Of a stretch of DNA of 64,000 nt, positions 9,059 to 18,553 are shown piece by piece. Position 1 is the first letter of the stretch, and each line of letters opens with the position of its first letter. The DNA is from Bacteroidales bacterium. Its GTDB lineage: Bacteria; Bacteroidota; Bacteroidia; Bacteroidales; B18-G4. The DNA lies in NCBI GenBank assembly GCA_040775045.1, contig JAXGTH010000002.1, positions 2,445 to 66,444 of the forward strand, given 5' to 3'. The position numbers and the translations under genes were made by a program. The notes beneath the pieces were generated by a model that did no database searches, had not been told where the DNA came from, and saw only the letters and a list, made by a program, of their open reading frames with translations.

Positions 9059-11452
9059 ATGAAAAATAAGAGGAACAAAAGGAAAACCACGGGATTTCTT
9101 CAGGGATTAATCATGTTGCTGACAGCACTGATGATAAATGCAGCCACCGGACAGCCCGGCGGGTCAGACGACCGTTGCGGGTCGCCCTATTTCATGGTCC
9201 CCGGAGGGGATCCTTCAACCGATGCTATTCCGTTATTATCAACTTCCGCAGAGGTTAATATCGCGGGGGTGATCGCCGATGTCAGGATCGTGCAGGTATA
9301 TAAAAACGATGGCGAACGGCCCATCGAGGCCATATATGTATTCCCGGCTTCCACCCGTGCCGCCGTGTACGGCATGAAGATGACCATCGGCGAGAGGGTG
9401 ATCGAGGCCAGGATCGCTGAGCGCAGCAAGGCCAGGCAGGACTACGAGGACGCCCGGCAAAACGGGCAGACGGCCTCATTGCTCGAGCAGGAAAGGCCCA
9501 ACGTGTTCACCATGAATGTGGCCAACATCATGCCGGGCGACAGCATAAGGGTGGAGATGAAATATACCGAGCTGCTCGTCCCTGAGTCCGGGATATACGA
9601 ATTCGTTTATCCTGCCGTGGTGGGCCCAAGGTATTCGGGAAATAATGATGAGCAGGTCCCCACCGGCGACAAATGGGTCAGGAACCCATATACCGGTGAG
9701 GCACAGGCTCCCTTTTACGATTTCCATTTCCATGCAACGGTATCGGCCGGGTTGCCGATACAGGAGGTCAGCTGCGGTACCCATGAGATGGATATCAACT
9801 ATGAGGATCCTTCCAGGGTGGTCATGGAATTGAAGGAAGGCATGAGAGCCTCCGGTAACAGGGATGTGGTCGTCCGCTACCGCCTGGCTGGAGGCCAGAT
9901 CGAGACCGGGCTGCTGCTTTTTGAAGGCGAAAGGGAAAACTTCTTCCTGGCCATGGTCCAGCCGCCTGCCAGGCCCGACATCAGGCAGATCCCCCCGAGG
10001 GAATATGTTTTCATTGTTGATGTTTCGGGCTCGATGTATGGCTTCCCGCTTGAGATCTCGAAAAAGCTGATGCGCGACCTGCTGGGGAACCTGCGGCCCG
10101 TCGACCGTTTCAATATCCTGCTTTTCGCCGGTGGGTCGAGCCTGTTTTCCGAATCTTCGGTCGAAGCCAGCGAAAACAATATCAAAAGGGGCATAGACTT
10201 CATGGATAAGCAGCAGGGAGGAGGAGGAACGGAGCTTCTGCCCGCTTTGCGCAGGGCCCTGGCCCTCGAGAGGAGCGAAGAGAGCCTGAAATTCAGTGCA
10301 GGCAGGACTTATGCCAGAAGTTTTGTGATCCTCACCGACGGTTACGTGACGGTTGAAAAGGAAGCCTTCGACCTGATCCGCGACCGCCTGGGGGAAGCCA
10401 GTTTCTTCCCCTTTGGCATTGGCAGTTCGGTGAACAGGTACATCATCGAAGGGATGGCCCGGGCGGGCCTGGGAACACCTTTCGTGGTCACCTCTGGGGA
10501 GCATGCCGCCGCAACGGCCGAGCGGTTCAGGAAGTATATCAGCTCACCGGTCCTTACGGATATAAACACCAGCTTCGAGGGCTTCGAGGTGTATGATGTC
10601 GAACCCCGGGCCATGGCCGATGTGTTCGCCGAACGCCCGCTCATCATCTATGGGAAATGGAAAGGACCTGCCAGGGGAACGATCCGCATCAGCGGGGTTT
10701 CGGGTGAGGGGAAATATTTGAAAACCCTCGACGTTTCTTCCATTGCTCCCGACGAAAAGAATGCCGCCCTCGCCTATCTCTGGGCAAGACAACGGATCGC
10801 CATGCTCGACGATTATGCTTCGCTCAATATGGATGGTGGTGACGCCGAAAGGGAAGTCACGGCCCTTGGCCTGAAATACAGCCTGCTGACCCGCTACACT
10901 TCGTTCGTGGCCGTCGACAGCAGGGTGAGGAACGATGGGGGCACATACACTACTGTCAATCAACCCCTGCCGTTACCGGAGGGAGTGAGCAATTATGCTG
11001 TGGGTGGGGTGGCCGCATACGGGGCTAAGCAAACAACGGCCGTTAACGGAAGGGGAATCCTGCCTGCGTCCTTATCGCTCGACCGTGAGGAGAATGAATC
11101 CCTGCCGGTACATGAATACGATGAACCTGATGATGGGCTCATGATCGTTGACCATATGGCTGAATTCACCGGGCATAAGGAAGGGGTTGAGACATTTATC
11201 CGGAAACACCTCACATACCCGCCCGAAGCAGCCGTGAGGCAGTTGGAAGGATATGTTTATGTATCATTCTTCATCAATGAGGATGGCAGCATCAGCGAAC
11301 CGGAAGTGCTCAGCAGCACTGACAGGATATTCGAAACAGAGGCCCTCCGCGTCGCAAGGCTGACCAATAAACTGTGGACGGCGGCTGTTCATGCCGGAAA
11401 GCCTGTCAGATCGCGGATGATCCTTCGGATAGAATTCAGTACCGGCACCTGA
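9059..11452 (+). CDS. VIT domain + von Willebrand factor A domain protein with C-terminal TonB-like domain
   Basis: Start at ATG 9059 (MKNKRNKRK + signal peptide). VIT-like N-terminus ('AEVNIAGVIADVRIVQVYKN...YVFPAS'), vWA MIDAS 'VFIVDVSGSMYG' and a TonB_C-like end ('GYVYVSFFINEDGSISEPEVL'). Confidence 0.8.
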   Translation: MKNKRNKRKTTGFLQGLIMLLTALMINAATGQPGGSDDRCGSPYFMVPGGDPSTDAIPLLSTSAEVNIAGVIADVRIVQVYKNDGERPIEAIYVFPASTRAAVYGMKMTIGERVIEARIAERSKARQDYEDARQNGQTASLLEQERPNVFTMNVANIMPGDSIRVEMKYTELLVPESGIYEFVYPAVVGPRYSGNNDEQVPTGDKWVRNPYTGEAQAPFYDFHFHATVSAGLPIQEVSCGTHEMDINYEDPSRVVMELKEGMRASGNRDVVVRYRLAGGQIETGLLLFEGERENFFLAMVQPPARPDIRQIPPREYVFIVDVSGSMYGFPLEISKKLMRDLLGNLRPVDRFNILLFAGGSSLFSESSVEASENNIKRGIDFMDKQQGGGGTELLPALRRALALERSEESLKFSAGRTYARSFVILTDGYVTVEKEAFDLIRDRLGEASFFPFGIGSSVNRYIIEGMARAGLGTPFVVTSGEHAAATAERFRKYISSPVLTDINTSFEGFEVYDVEPRAMADVFAERPLIIYGKWKGPARGTIRISGVSGEGKYLKTLDVSSIAPDEKNAALAYLWARQRIAMLDDYASLNMDGGDAEREVTALGLKYSLLTRYTSFVAVDSRVRNDGGTYTTVNQPLPLPEGVSNYAVGGVAAYGAKQTTAVNGRGILPASLSLDREENESLPVHEYDEPDDGLMIVDHMAEFTGHKEGVETFIRKHLTYPPEAAVRQLEGYVYVSFFINEDGSISEPEVLSSTDRIFETEALRVARLTNKLWTAAVHAGKPVRSRMILRIEFSTGT

Positions 11453-11475
11453 ATCAGGATCTTATGTAAATGACG

Positions 11476-11517
11476 AAAAATCCGGCCTTTTCTGGAAAAA
11501 AGAGGGCCGGATTTTTT
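11476..11517 (+). terminator. Rho-independent terminator after the VIT/vWA gene
   Basis: Perfect 12-bp stem aaaaatccggcc / ggccggattttt (11476-11487 with 11505-11516), running into a T6 tract at 11512-11517. Confidence 0.7.
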
Positions 11518-11536
11518 GCTGCTTTGAAAAAACCCC

Positions 11537-11544
11537 TACCTTTG
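11537..11544 (+). promoter_or_regulatory. -7 promoter box (TAccTTTG) for the mce-mmd operon
   Basis: Exact TAnnTTTG match 32 nt upstream of the mce ATG and directly after the terminator. Confidence 0.45.
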
Positions 11545-11575
11545 TGAAAAATTTAACAATAAAGATTTTCTGCAA

Positions 11576-11983
11576 ATGAAAGTATCTCATATTGAACACA
11601 TTGGCATAGCTGTGAGGTCGCTCGACCAGGCCATCCCCTTTTATGAAAAAATGCTGGGGACCGAATGTTATGCGATAGAGGAGGTGAAGGACCAGAAGGT
11701 TAAAACGGCTTTTTTCAGGTTGGGGCAAACGAAGGTCGAGTTGTTGGAGCCCACTGATCCTGAAGGTCCTATAGGCAAATTCATCGAAAACCGTGGCGAA
11801 GGGATCCACCACATCGCTTACGCGGTAAAGGACCTTGAAGAACAGCTCAGACAGGCCGAGGAGGACGGCATCAGGCTTATCGACCAGAAGCCCCGCAAGG
11901 GAGCCGAAGGCCTCGACATTGCCTTCCTGCATCCCAAATCCACCTTCGGCGTACTGACCGAATTCTGTGAACACAAGGATTAA
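11576..11983 (+). CDS. mce: Methylmalonyl-CoA epimerase (VOC/glyoxalase fold)
   Basis: '[19 protein letters not shown]' and '[11 protein letters not shown]' in 135 aa. It sits immediately upstream of the methylmalonyl-CoA decarboxylase genes. Confidence 0.85.
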   Translation: MKVSHIEHIGIAVRSLDQAIPFYEKMLGTECYAIEEVKDQKVKTAFFRLGQTKVELLEPTDPEGPIGKFIENRGEGIHHIAYAVKDLEEQLRQAEEDGIRLIDQKPRKGAEGLDIAFLHPKSTFGVLTEFCEHKD

Positions 11984-12006
11984 GCCATAGCCTGAAATTT
12001 TCGATC

Positions 12007-13569
12007 ATGATGTCATTTGTAAACAAGATTCAACAGCTTCTCGACATGCGGGAAGAGGCCAAGGCCGGCGGTGGCCCGAAGCGGGTGGAAGCCCAGCATG
12101 CCAAAGGCAAATATACGGCGAGGGAACGCATCGATATGCTTCTCGATGACGGCAGTTTTGAGGAATACGATATGTTCGTCACGCACAGGAGCCAGGATTT
12201 CGGACTCGACAAGCAGCGTTACCTCGCCGATGGGGTGGTAACGGGCCACGGCACCATCGACGGACGCGTAGTGTACGTTTATTCACAAGATTTCACCGTT
12301 TTCGGGGGGTCTCTTTCCGAGACCTTTGCCCAGAAGATCTGCAAGATCATGGACATGGCCATGAAAGTCGGGGCACCCGTGATCGGCATCAACGACAGCG
12401 GGGGGGCAAGGATACAGGAAGGGGTGAGGAGCCTGGCAGGATATGCCGAGATCTTCGAGCGCAATATCCTTGCTTCGGGCGTGATCCCTCAGATATCGGC
12501 CATTTTCGGTCCCTGCGCCGGTGGTGCGGTCTACTCGCCTGCCCTTACTGATTTCATCATCATGAGCGAGAAGACCAGCTATATGTTCGTCACGGGCCCA
12601 AAGGTTACCAAAACGGTGACCGGCGAAGATATTTCGACGGAAGACCTGGGTGGGGCGGAAGTTCACGGCAGCAAATCAGGGGTGGCACATTTCATTGCTG
12701 CCCATGAGGAAGAAGGCTTGCTGCTCATCAGGAAGCTGATCAGCTACCTGCCTTCGAACAACCTTGAAGATCCTCCTGCCATCGAATGCAGTGATCCGAT
12801 CAACCGCCGTGAGGACTTCCTCAATGAGGTGGTGCCGGAAGATGCGAACCAGCCCTACGAAATGCTCGACATCATTCACTCCATCATTGACAATGGGGAA
12901 TTCTTCGAGATCCAGCGCAACTATGCCAGGAATATCATTACCGGTTTTGCACGTTTCGACGGCTTACCGGTTGGCATCGTGGCCAATCAGCCCAACTTCC
13001 TGGCGGGAGTGCTCGACATCAATGCCTCGCGCAAGGCAGCACGCTTTGTCAGGTTCTGCGATGCTTTCAATATCCCGATACTTACCCTGGTGGATGTGCC
13101 AGGATTCCTGCCGGGAAGCGGACAGGAATATGCTGGGATCATCACGCATGGGGCCAAACTGATGTTCGCATATGGAGAAGCTACGGTTCCCAAGATCACC
13201 GTCACGATCCGGAAATCGTACGGCGGGGCCCACGACGTCATGAGTTCGAAGCAGCTCAGGGGCGATATCAATTATGCATGGCCCACGGCCGAGATCGCCG
13301 TGATGGGCCCGGCCGGGGCCATCGAGATCCTTGATGGCAAAGCACTGGGTGAGATTGAGGACGAAAAGGAAAAGGCCGAATATATCAGGCAAAAGGAGCA
13401 GGAGTACAAGGATAAGTTTGCCAATCCATACGAGGCAGCCCGATACGGCTATATCGATGACGTGATCGAGCCCCGGAATACCAGGTTCAGGGTGATCAGG
13501 GCGTTGCGAACCCTCGCCACGAAAAAGGAAACCAACCCGCCCAAGAAACATGGCAATATCCCTTTATGA
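12007..13569 (+). CDS. mmdA: Methylmalonyl-CoA decarboxylase alpha subunit (carboxyltransferase)
   Basis: 520-aa acyl-CoA carboxyltransferase with '[21 protein letters not shown]', '[13 protein letters not shown]' and 'GIVANQP'. Confidence 0.9.
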   Translation: MMSFVNKIQQLLDMREEAKAGGGPKRVEAQHAKGKYTARERIDMLLDDGSFEEYDMFVTHRSQDFGLDKQRYLADGVVTGHGTIDGRVVYVYSQDFTVFGGSLSETFAQKICKIMDMAMKVGAPVIGINDSGGARIQEGVRSLAGYAEIFERNILASGVIPQISAIFGPCAGGAVYSPALTDFIIMSEKTSYMFVTGPKVTKTVTGEDISTEDLGGAEVHGSKSGVAHFIAAHEEEGLLLIRKLISYLPSNNLEDPPAIECSDPINRREDFLNEVVPEDANQPYEMLDIIHSIIDNGEFFEIQRNYARNIITGFARFDGLPVGIVANQPNFLAGVLDINASRKAARFVRFCDAFNIPILTLVDVPGFLPGSGQEYAGIITHGAKLMFAYGEATVPKITVTIRKSYGGAHDVMSSKQLRGDINYAWPTAEIAVMGPAGAIEILDGKALGEIEDEKEKAEYIRQKEQEYKDKFANPYEAARYGYIDDVIEPRNTRFRVIRALRTLATKKETNPPKKHGNIPL

Positions 13570-13587
13570 TCATTCAATAATCAAGAC

Positions 13588-13959
13588 ATGAAGCTGATCA
13601 ATATGAGTTTCGATATCACGGCACTCTTCCCGGAGGGGATCATCATTGCCGTAGTCGGTTATATAACGGTATTCATTGCCCTGGTGGTACTTTATACCGT
13701 GTTCACCTACCTGTCGAAATCGCTGAACTTCACTGCCAGGCGGAGGCTGATCAGGCAGGGTAAACACCAGATGGCCGAAGAAAAGCAACTCTTCATCCCC
13801 GGTGATATCGCTGCGGCCATCAGTATGGCCATATACCTTTATAATGAACTCCATGATGAGGAAAGCAATGTGATCACCATAAAAAGGGTGTCGAAGACCT
13901 ATTCACCCTGGAGTTCGAAAATATATGGATTAAGGGAATACCCCGGAAAAAACATTTAA
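13588..13959 (+). CDS. OadG-like small membrane subunit (decarboxylase delta/gamma)
   Basis: 123 aa with a single N-terminal TM ('IIIAVVGYITVFIALVVLYTVF'). The call rests mainly on its position between the carboxyltransferase and the biotin carrier. Confidence 0.6.
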   Translation: MKLINMSFDITALFPEGIIIAVVGYITVFIALVVLYTVFTYLSKSLNFTARRRLIRQGKHQMAEEKQLFIPGDIAAAISMAIYLYNELHDEESNVITIKRVSKTYSPWSSKIYGLREYPGKNI

Positions 13960-13962
13960 ACG

Positions 13963-14382
13963 ATGAAAAGTTTCAAGTTTACCATTAAAGGGCATGATTA
14001 CGAGGTGGAAGTGAAGAACTTCGAAGAGCGTACTGCAGAGATAGAAGTGAACGGGACCTTGTACGAGGTGGAGATCAAGACTGAAAAGCGTTCGTCGAAA
14101 ACGCCAAAACTGGTACGCAAAGATATCCCGCGACCCAAAGACGCCCACCTGATCAAGAAGGATCCCTCGCTTTACCAGGTGAAGGCGCCCCTGCCGGGAA
14201 TCATCATGCAGGTAAAGGTAAAGGTTGGTGATGCTGTGAAGCGCGGCGACAACCTGCTTGTTTATGAAGCCATGAAAATGGAGAACAATCTCCTTTCGGA
14301 GCGTGAAGGCAACGTGAAAGCCGTAAAGGTTGCCGCAGGCGACAGCATACTTCAGGGCGATGTACTCCTCGAAATCGAATAG
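13963..14382 (+). CDS. mmdC: Biotin carboxyl carrier subunit
   Basis: Biotinyl-lysine motif 'EAMKMEN' in a 139-aa lipoyl/biotinyl-domain protein. Confidence 0.85.
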   Translation: MKSFKFTIKGHDYEVEVKNFEERTAEIEVNGTLYEVEIKTEKRSSKTPKLVRKDIPRPKDAHLIKKDPSLYQVKAPLPGIIMQVKVKVGDAVKRGDNLLVYEAMKMENNLLSEREGNVKAVKVAAGDSILQGDVLLEIE

Positions 14383-14385
14383 GCC

Positions 14386-15717
14386 ATGGGAAAGAGAAAA
14401 GCTGTAACCGTCCTGGCCGTCGTCATTTTCCTTGCCGTATTAACGGCCCTGCTCCATCGGTGCGATGCCTATGATACTCCGGTACAGACCGTGCAGACCG
14501 AACAGCTTGATGCGGATAGCAGTTCGGATATCCAGAACGGGGCAATGAGCGGGTTCAGAAAATTTTTATCGTATACCGGTTTTGCCAACGCCACCCTGGG
14601 GCATATCATCATGATCCTTGTGGGGCTCGTATTTATTTATCTTGCCATCAGGTACGACTATGAGCCCCTGCTCCTGGTGCCCATCGGCACCGGGATCATC
14701 ATCGGCAACATCCCGTTTTTCCAGTCTCCTGACATTAACCTCCAGCTGGGAATATACCAGGAGGGCAGTGTGCTCAATTATCTTTATTACGGTGTGACCA
14801 AGGGGATATACCCTCCCCTGATCTTCCTTGGTATTGGTGCCATGACCGATTTCTCATCCCTTATTTCAAACCCCAGGCTGATGTTGCTCGGGGCTGCCGC
14901 ACAGGTGGGGATCTTCCTGACCCTGCTTGGGGCGCTTGCCATTGGCTTTAACCTGCCGGAAGCCGCCTCGATCGGGATCATCGGCGGGGCCGATGGCCCC
15001 ACGGCCATCTTCCTTTCGTCGAAACTTGCCAACGGGGGGATGGTCAACGGCATACAAACGGCCAACCTCATCGGCCCCATTGCTATCGCGGCCTATTCCT
15101 ACATGGCCCTGGTACCGATCATACAGCCCCCGATCATGCGCCTGCTAACCTCCAAAAGGGAGAGGAAGATCCATATGAAACCTCCCCGATCCGTTTCGAA
15201 ACTTGAAAAGGTGATGTTCCCCATTGTTGGACTGATCCTGACAGCCTTCATCTCTCCCGGAGCTTTGCCCCTGCTGGGCATGCTTTTTTTCGGAAATATC
15301 CTCAAGGAAAGCGGGGTTACCAAACGGCTTGCGGAGACGGCCCGCACCTCCCTCATCGATATTGTGGTGATACTGCTCGGACTTACTGTCGGGGCCTCCA
15401 CACAGGCGGATGTATTCCTCACCACGGAGTCGTTGCTGATCTTCGGACTGGGGGCCATCTCCTTCATGATCGCTACGGCCGGAGGCGTAATCTTTGCCAA
15501 GGTCATGAACCTCTTCCTGTCGAAAGAGAACAAGCTCAATCCCCTGATCGGGGCTGCCGGGGTTTCGGCCGTGCCCGACAGTGCCAGGGTGGTGCAGAAT
15601 GAAGGCCTCAAGAACGACCCCAAAAACCACCTGCTGATGCATGCCATGGCACCCAATGTGGCCGGGGTGATCGGCTCCGCCGTGGCCGCCGGTATCCTGA
15701 TCAGTTTTTTGCTGTAA
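14386..15717 (+). CDS. mmdB: Na+-translocating decarboxylase beta subunit
   Basis: 443-aa polytopic membrane protein with 'IIGGADGPTAIF' and 'NPLIGAAGVSAVPDSARV', typical of the OadB/MmdB family. Confidence 0.85.
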   Translation: MGKRKAVTVLAVVIFLAVLTALLHRCDAYDTPVQTVQTEQLDADSSSDIQNGAMSGFRKFLSYTGFANATLGHIIMILVGLVFIYLAIRYDYEPLLLVPIGTGIIIGNIPFFQSPDINLQLGIYQEGSVLNYLYYGVTKGIYPPLIFLGIGAMTDFSSLISNPRLMLLGAAAQVGIFLTLLGALAIGFNLPEAASIGIIGGADGPTAIFLSSKLANGGMVNGIQTANLIGPIAIAAYSYMALVPIIQPPIMRLLTSKRERKIHMKPPRSVSKLEKVMFPIVGLILTAFISPGALPLLGMLFFGNILKESGVTKRLAETARTSLIDIVVILLGLTVGASTQADVFLTTESLLIFGLGAISFMIATAGGVIFAKVMNLFLSKENKLNPLIGAAGVSAVPDSARVVQNEGLKNDPKNHLLMHAMAPNVAGVIGSAVAAGILISFLL

Positions 15718-15771
15718 AAGCTTCAAAGCTTTTTATTAATTTCGGGTAGATAATTTCCGGGGGGCAATACG

Positions 15772-16194
15772 ATGGTCCTGCATCTCATTATCCTGTTCTT
15801 TGTGGGCTCACTCGGCCTGTGGATGGCCATACCCGTGGGGCTGGCTTATGGTTTTGATCCTTACGTCATTGCACCGACGATCATCCTGGGGTCCTCCTGC
15901 AGCACCTTCCTGGTCTATGTCTTTGGCAATATGGTGCGCAGGTATGTGCAGGGTAAAAGGGGAGAACGCTACCTTGGCAGGTCAAAAGCAAAAATGCACA
16001 TGTACCTGAACCGGTACGGTGTGATCGGGTTGGGATTGCTGCTTCCGGGGATCTTTGGCCCCATGCTGGGAATGGCCATAGGCGTTACCGTTGTCAGCGC
16101 CACCAAACGCTTGCTGGTATGGTCACTGATCGGCAACGTGATATGGAGCATTGGCCTCACGGGTATAGGTACGCTGGGGATCACGATATTTTAG
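15772..16194 (+). CDS. Small integral membrane protein (possibly small multidrug-export family)
   Basis: 140 aa with 4 predicted TM segments. Resemblance to the Sm_multidrug_ex family is weak and by eye only. Confidence 0.45.
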   Translation: MVLHLIILFFVGSLGLWMAIPVGLAYGFDPYVIAPTIILGSSCSTFLVYVFGNMVRRYVQGKRGERYLGRSKAKMHMYLNRYGVIGLGLLLPGIFGPMLGMAIGVTVVSATKRLLVWSLIGNVIWSIGLTGIGTLGITIF

Positions 16195-16244
16195 CTTGCC
16201 TGCCCTGCCGAATTTACTATCTTAGCAGCAATAAACTTTCGAGT

Positions 16245-16859
16245 ATGCTGATCATAGGTATTGCAGGGGGTTCCGGCTCAGGGAAAACCACGGTAGTGAA
16301 CCGCATCATCGAACTGCTCCCTGCCGAAAGCGTTTCGGTCATCGCACAGGATTCCTATTACTGGGATAACGGACATCTTTCGCCCGAAGAAAAGAAAAAA
16401 ATCAACTTCGACCACCCCGATTCCATCGAATGGGAGCTGCTGGCCCGACACCTCGACCTGCTGCGCGATGGTCATTCCATAGATATGCCCACATATTCCT
16501 ATGTTGAATGTGCAAGGCTGGATGAGATCATCAGGGTAATGCCACGGAAGGTGACCATTGTGGAGGGTATACTGATCTTCACCAACCCGGATCTCAGGCC
16601 CAGGTTCAACATCAAGGCTTTTGTCGATGCCGATGCCGATGACCGCTTGTCGCGCATCATGAGAAGGGATATCGTTAAGCGTGGGAGGGACGTGCAGGAT
16701 GTACTGCGCCATTACCACACTTTTGTTAAGCCCATGCACCTGCAGTTCATCGAACCCTCAAAGCGCTACGCCGATATTATCATCCCGCAGGGGGGCGAAA
16801 ACCTGGTGGCCATCGATATCCTGGCTTCCAAGATCAGAACAAGGCTGTCGGAACTTTAA
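16245..16859 (+). CDS. udk: Uridine kinase
   Basis: P-loop 'IGIAGGSGSGKTT' at the N-terminus, with ATG at 16245 giving 204 aa. The track ORF start at 16119 overlaps the previous gene. Confidence 0.9.
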   Translation: MLIIGIAGGSGSGKTTVVNRIIELLPAESVSVIAQDSYYWDNGHLSPEEKKKINFDHPDSIEWELLARHLDLLRDGHSIDMPTYSYVECARLDEIIRVMPRKVTIVEGILIFTNPDLRPRFNIKAFVDADADDRLSRIMRRDIVKRGRDVQDVLRHYHTFVKPMHLQFIEPSKRYADIIIPQGGENLVAIDILASKIRTRLSEL

Positions 16860-17764
16860 AAAAGGCTGACCGGTACTTCGCGGGCCTGGAAGAGATCCGA
16901 CTTTCTCAGATCAATAGTAATGCTCATCGTATCATCCGTAATGCTCATCAGGGCATGCTGATGGTCCCTTTCAACGATCACTTTCTTCAATCCCCCGCCT
17001 TCCTGTTCCATAAGACCCAGGATGAAAGACCTGGTCAAAGGCTGTTCCCGGATCCTTTTGTCAAGGTCCATAAAGCGATGTTCGGCCTTTCCCAGGGGAA
17101 TTGAATCGCTGATATGCCTCAGGGTGAGCAGGCGGGCATAGTTCGGCCCGTCGACGATCAGGGAGGGAGGGTCGGGGGTATAAACCCTTTTCTGCCCTTC
17201 CACATATTCGAAACAGGCCGTAGCCCCGGTCGAATCATGCAGGACTATGCGAAAAGGCCATCCGGAAGAGGCTGCCAGGTCGTCAAACAGGCGGATATCC
17301 CATATGGCCAGTAAGGCGGTATCGACACTATTGAAATGGTCGATGAAAAAATTAACCGACAAGGATACAGCTATAGGGATATGGACCTTGTCACTGCCAG
17401 GAAGAACACTGTTTTCGAGAAACATCAGGGATGCTGAAAAACCCTGGTCGTTCATGCCTTCAACAATGAGGCCTCCGGGTAGTTTCACGTATATGTTGTT
17501 GTATTTCGATTCCCAGTCGAAAGTATGCCGTTTCCTGACATCATTGGGCGATGATCGCCTGATGCCGGCAGGGCAGTACACAACTTCGGCCCCGGAAAAC
17601 ATTGGCCTGCTCCAGGTCCTGACAGAAAGAGCATATTGATCAATAAACAGGATATCAGCACCGGCCTGCATTGCTGATCCATTGGAATTGAAGCCGGCCT
17701 GTCCCATGATGATCTGTGCAGCAAACATCAATGCCATGGTAATATGGAGCGAAAACCTGACCAT
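16856..17764 (-). CDS. Secreted hypothetical protein, possible choloylglycine-hydrolase (Ntn) fold
   Basis: Signal peptide present. 'TFDWES' and 'EGMNDQGFSASLMFLE' loosely resemble CBAH-family blocks. The function call is low confidence. Confidence 0.45.
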   Translation of the reverse strand: MVRFSLHITMALMFAAQIIMGQAGFNSNGSAMQAGADILFIDQYALSVRTWSRPMFSGAEVVYCPAGIRRSSPNDVRKRHTFDWESKYNNIYVKLPGGLIVEGMNDQGFSASLMFLENSVLPGSDKVHIPIAVSLSVNFFIDHFNSVDTALLAIWDIRLFDDLAASSGWPFRIVLHDSTGATACFEYVEGQKRVYTPDPPSLIVDGPNYARLLTLRHISDSIPLGKAEHRFMDLDKRIREQPLTRSFILGLMEQEGGGLKKVIVERDHQHALMSITDDTMSITIDLRKSDLFQAREVPVSLF

Positions 17765-17877
17765 ATCACAAAGTTACTTATATTTTTTCATTATATAACA
17801 TGCACGAAATCAATGATAAGAGACCGAAATGAGCATAAAAGTCAAAAAAAAACTTGACAAGGTACATTAAAATTTTA

Positions 17878-17885
17878 TACTTTTG
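17878..17885 (+). promoter_or_regulatory. -7 promoter box (TAcTTTTG) of the TetR-efflux operon
   Basis: Exact TAnnTTTG match 45 nt upstream of the TetR ATG. Confidence 0.45.
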
Positions 17886-17892
17886 TCCAATC

Positions 17893-17927
17893 GGTTAAAC
17901 CAAACGGTTAAATTATCTAGTTAAACT
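17893..17927 (+). promoter_or_regulatory. Candidate TetR operator: three RGTTAAAYY boxes at 13-bp spacing
   Basis: GGTTAAACC (17893), GGTTAAATT (17906) and AGTTAAACT (17919). The first and third are 9-bp palindromes. All lie between the -7 box and the TetR start codon. Confidence 0.4.
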
Positions 17928-17929
17928 AA

Positions 17930-18553
17930 ATGGTCAAGCCAATGACTGATATAAGTGGTAGCACAGAGGAAACCATTCTGAAGGTTGCCAGAGAAGTATT
18001 CATGCAGCACGGCTATGATGGAACAAGCATGCAGATGATCGCCGATGCGGCCGGGATCAACAAATCCCTGCTTCATTATTATTACCGGAGCAAGGAAAAA
18101 CTTTTTGCGCAGATCTTCTCGCATGTGTTCAGGCAGTTCGTCCCCCATCTTGGCGAAGTATTCCTTTCGGAGATGCCGTTGGAGCAAAAGATCAGGGTTT
18201 TTACAGAACGTTATATTGATGTTTTCATCCAACATCCGCTGATCCCCATCTTCGTGATGCAGGAGTTGAGCAAGAACCCGCAGCACCTGGCCGATCTCAT
18301 CAGGGATGCCGGCCTCAACCCTGAGATCGTGAAAAGCAGGTTACAGGAAACCCTTGAAAAGGAAGATGTGATGCTGAAGGACCCCCGCCAGTTCATGGTC
18401 AACCTCCTTGGATTATGCATCTTCCCCTTTGCGGCGCGACCACTGATCCAGCGGATGTTGTTCGACAACGATGAAGTGGCCTATGATGCCTTTCTGCAGC
18501 AAAGGAAAAATGAGGTGGCTGAATTTATCATCAACGCAATCAGGAAACAATGA
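17930..18553 (+). CDS. TetR/AcrR family transcriptional regulator
   Basis: HTH block 'ILKVAREVFMQHGYDGTSMQMIADAAGINKSLLHYYYRSKEKLF'. An alternative ATG lies at 17942. Confidence 0.85.
   Translation: MVKPMTDISGSTEETILKVAREVFMQHGYDGTSMQMIADAAGINKSLLHYYYRSKEKLFAQIFSHVFRQFVPHLGEVFLSEMPLEQKIRVFTERYIDVFIQHPLIPIFVMQELSKNPQHLADLIRDAGLNPEIVKSRLQETLEKEDVMLKDPRQFMVNLLGLCIFPFAARPLIQRMLFDNDEVAYDAFLQQRKNEVAEFIINAIRKQ

Noticed and set aside
9476-10504. 342-aa ORF antisense to the VIT/vWA gene
   Set aside because: It lies entirely within a gene that has clear VIT and vWA motifs on the other strand. The translation is R/G/P/H-rich with no recognisable motif, typical of an antisense open frame in a codon-biased gene.
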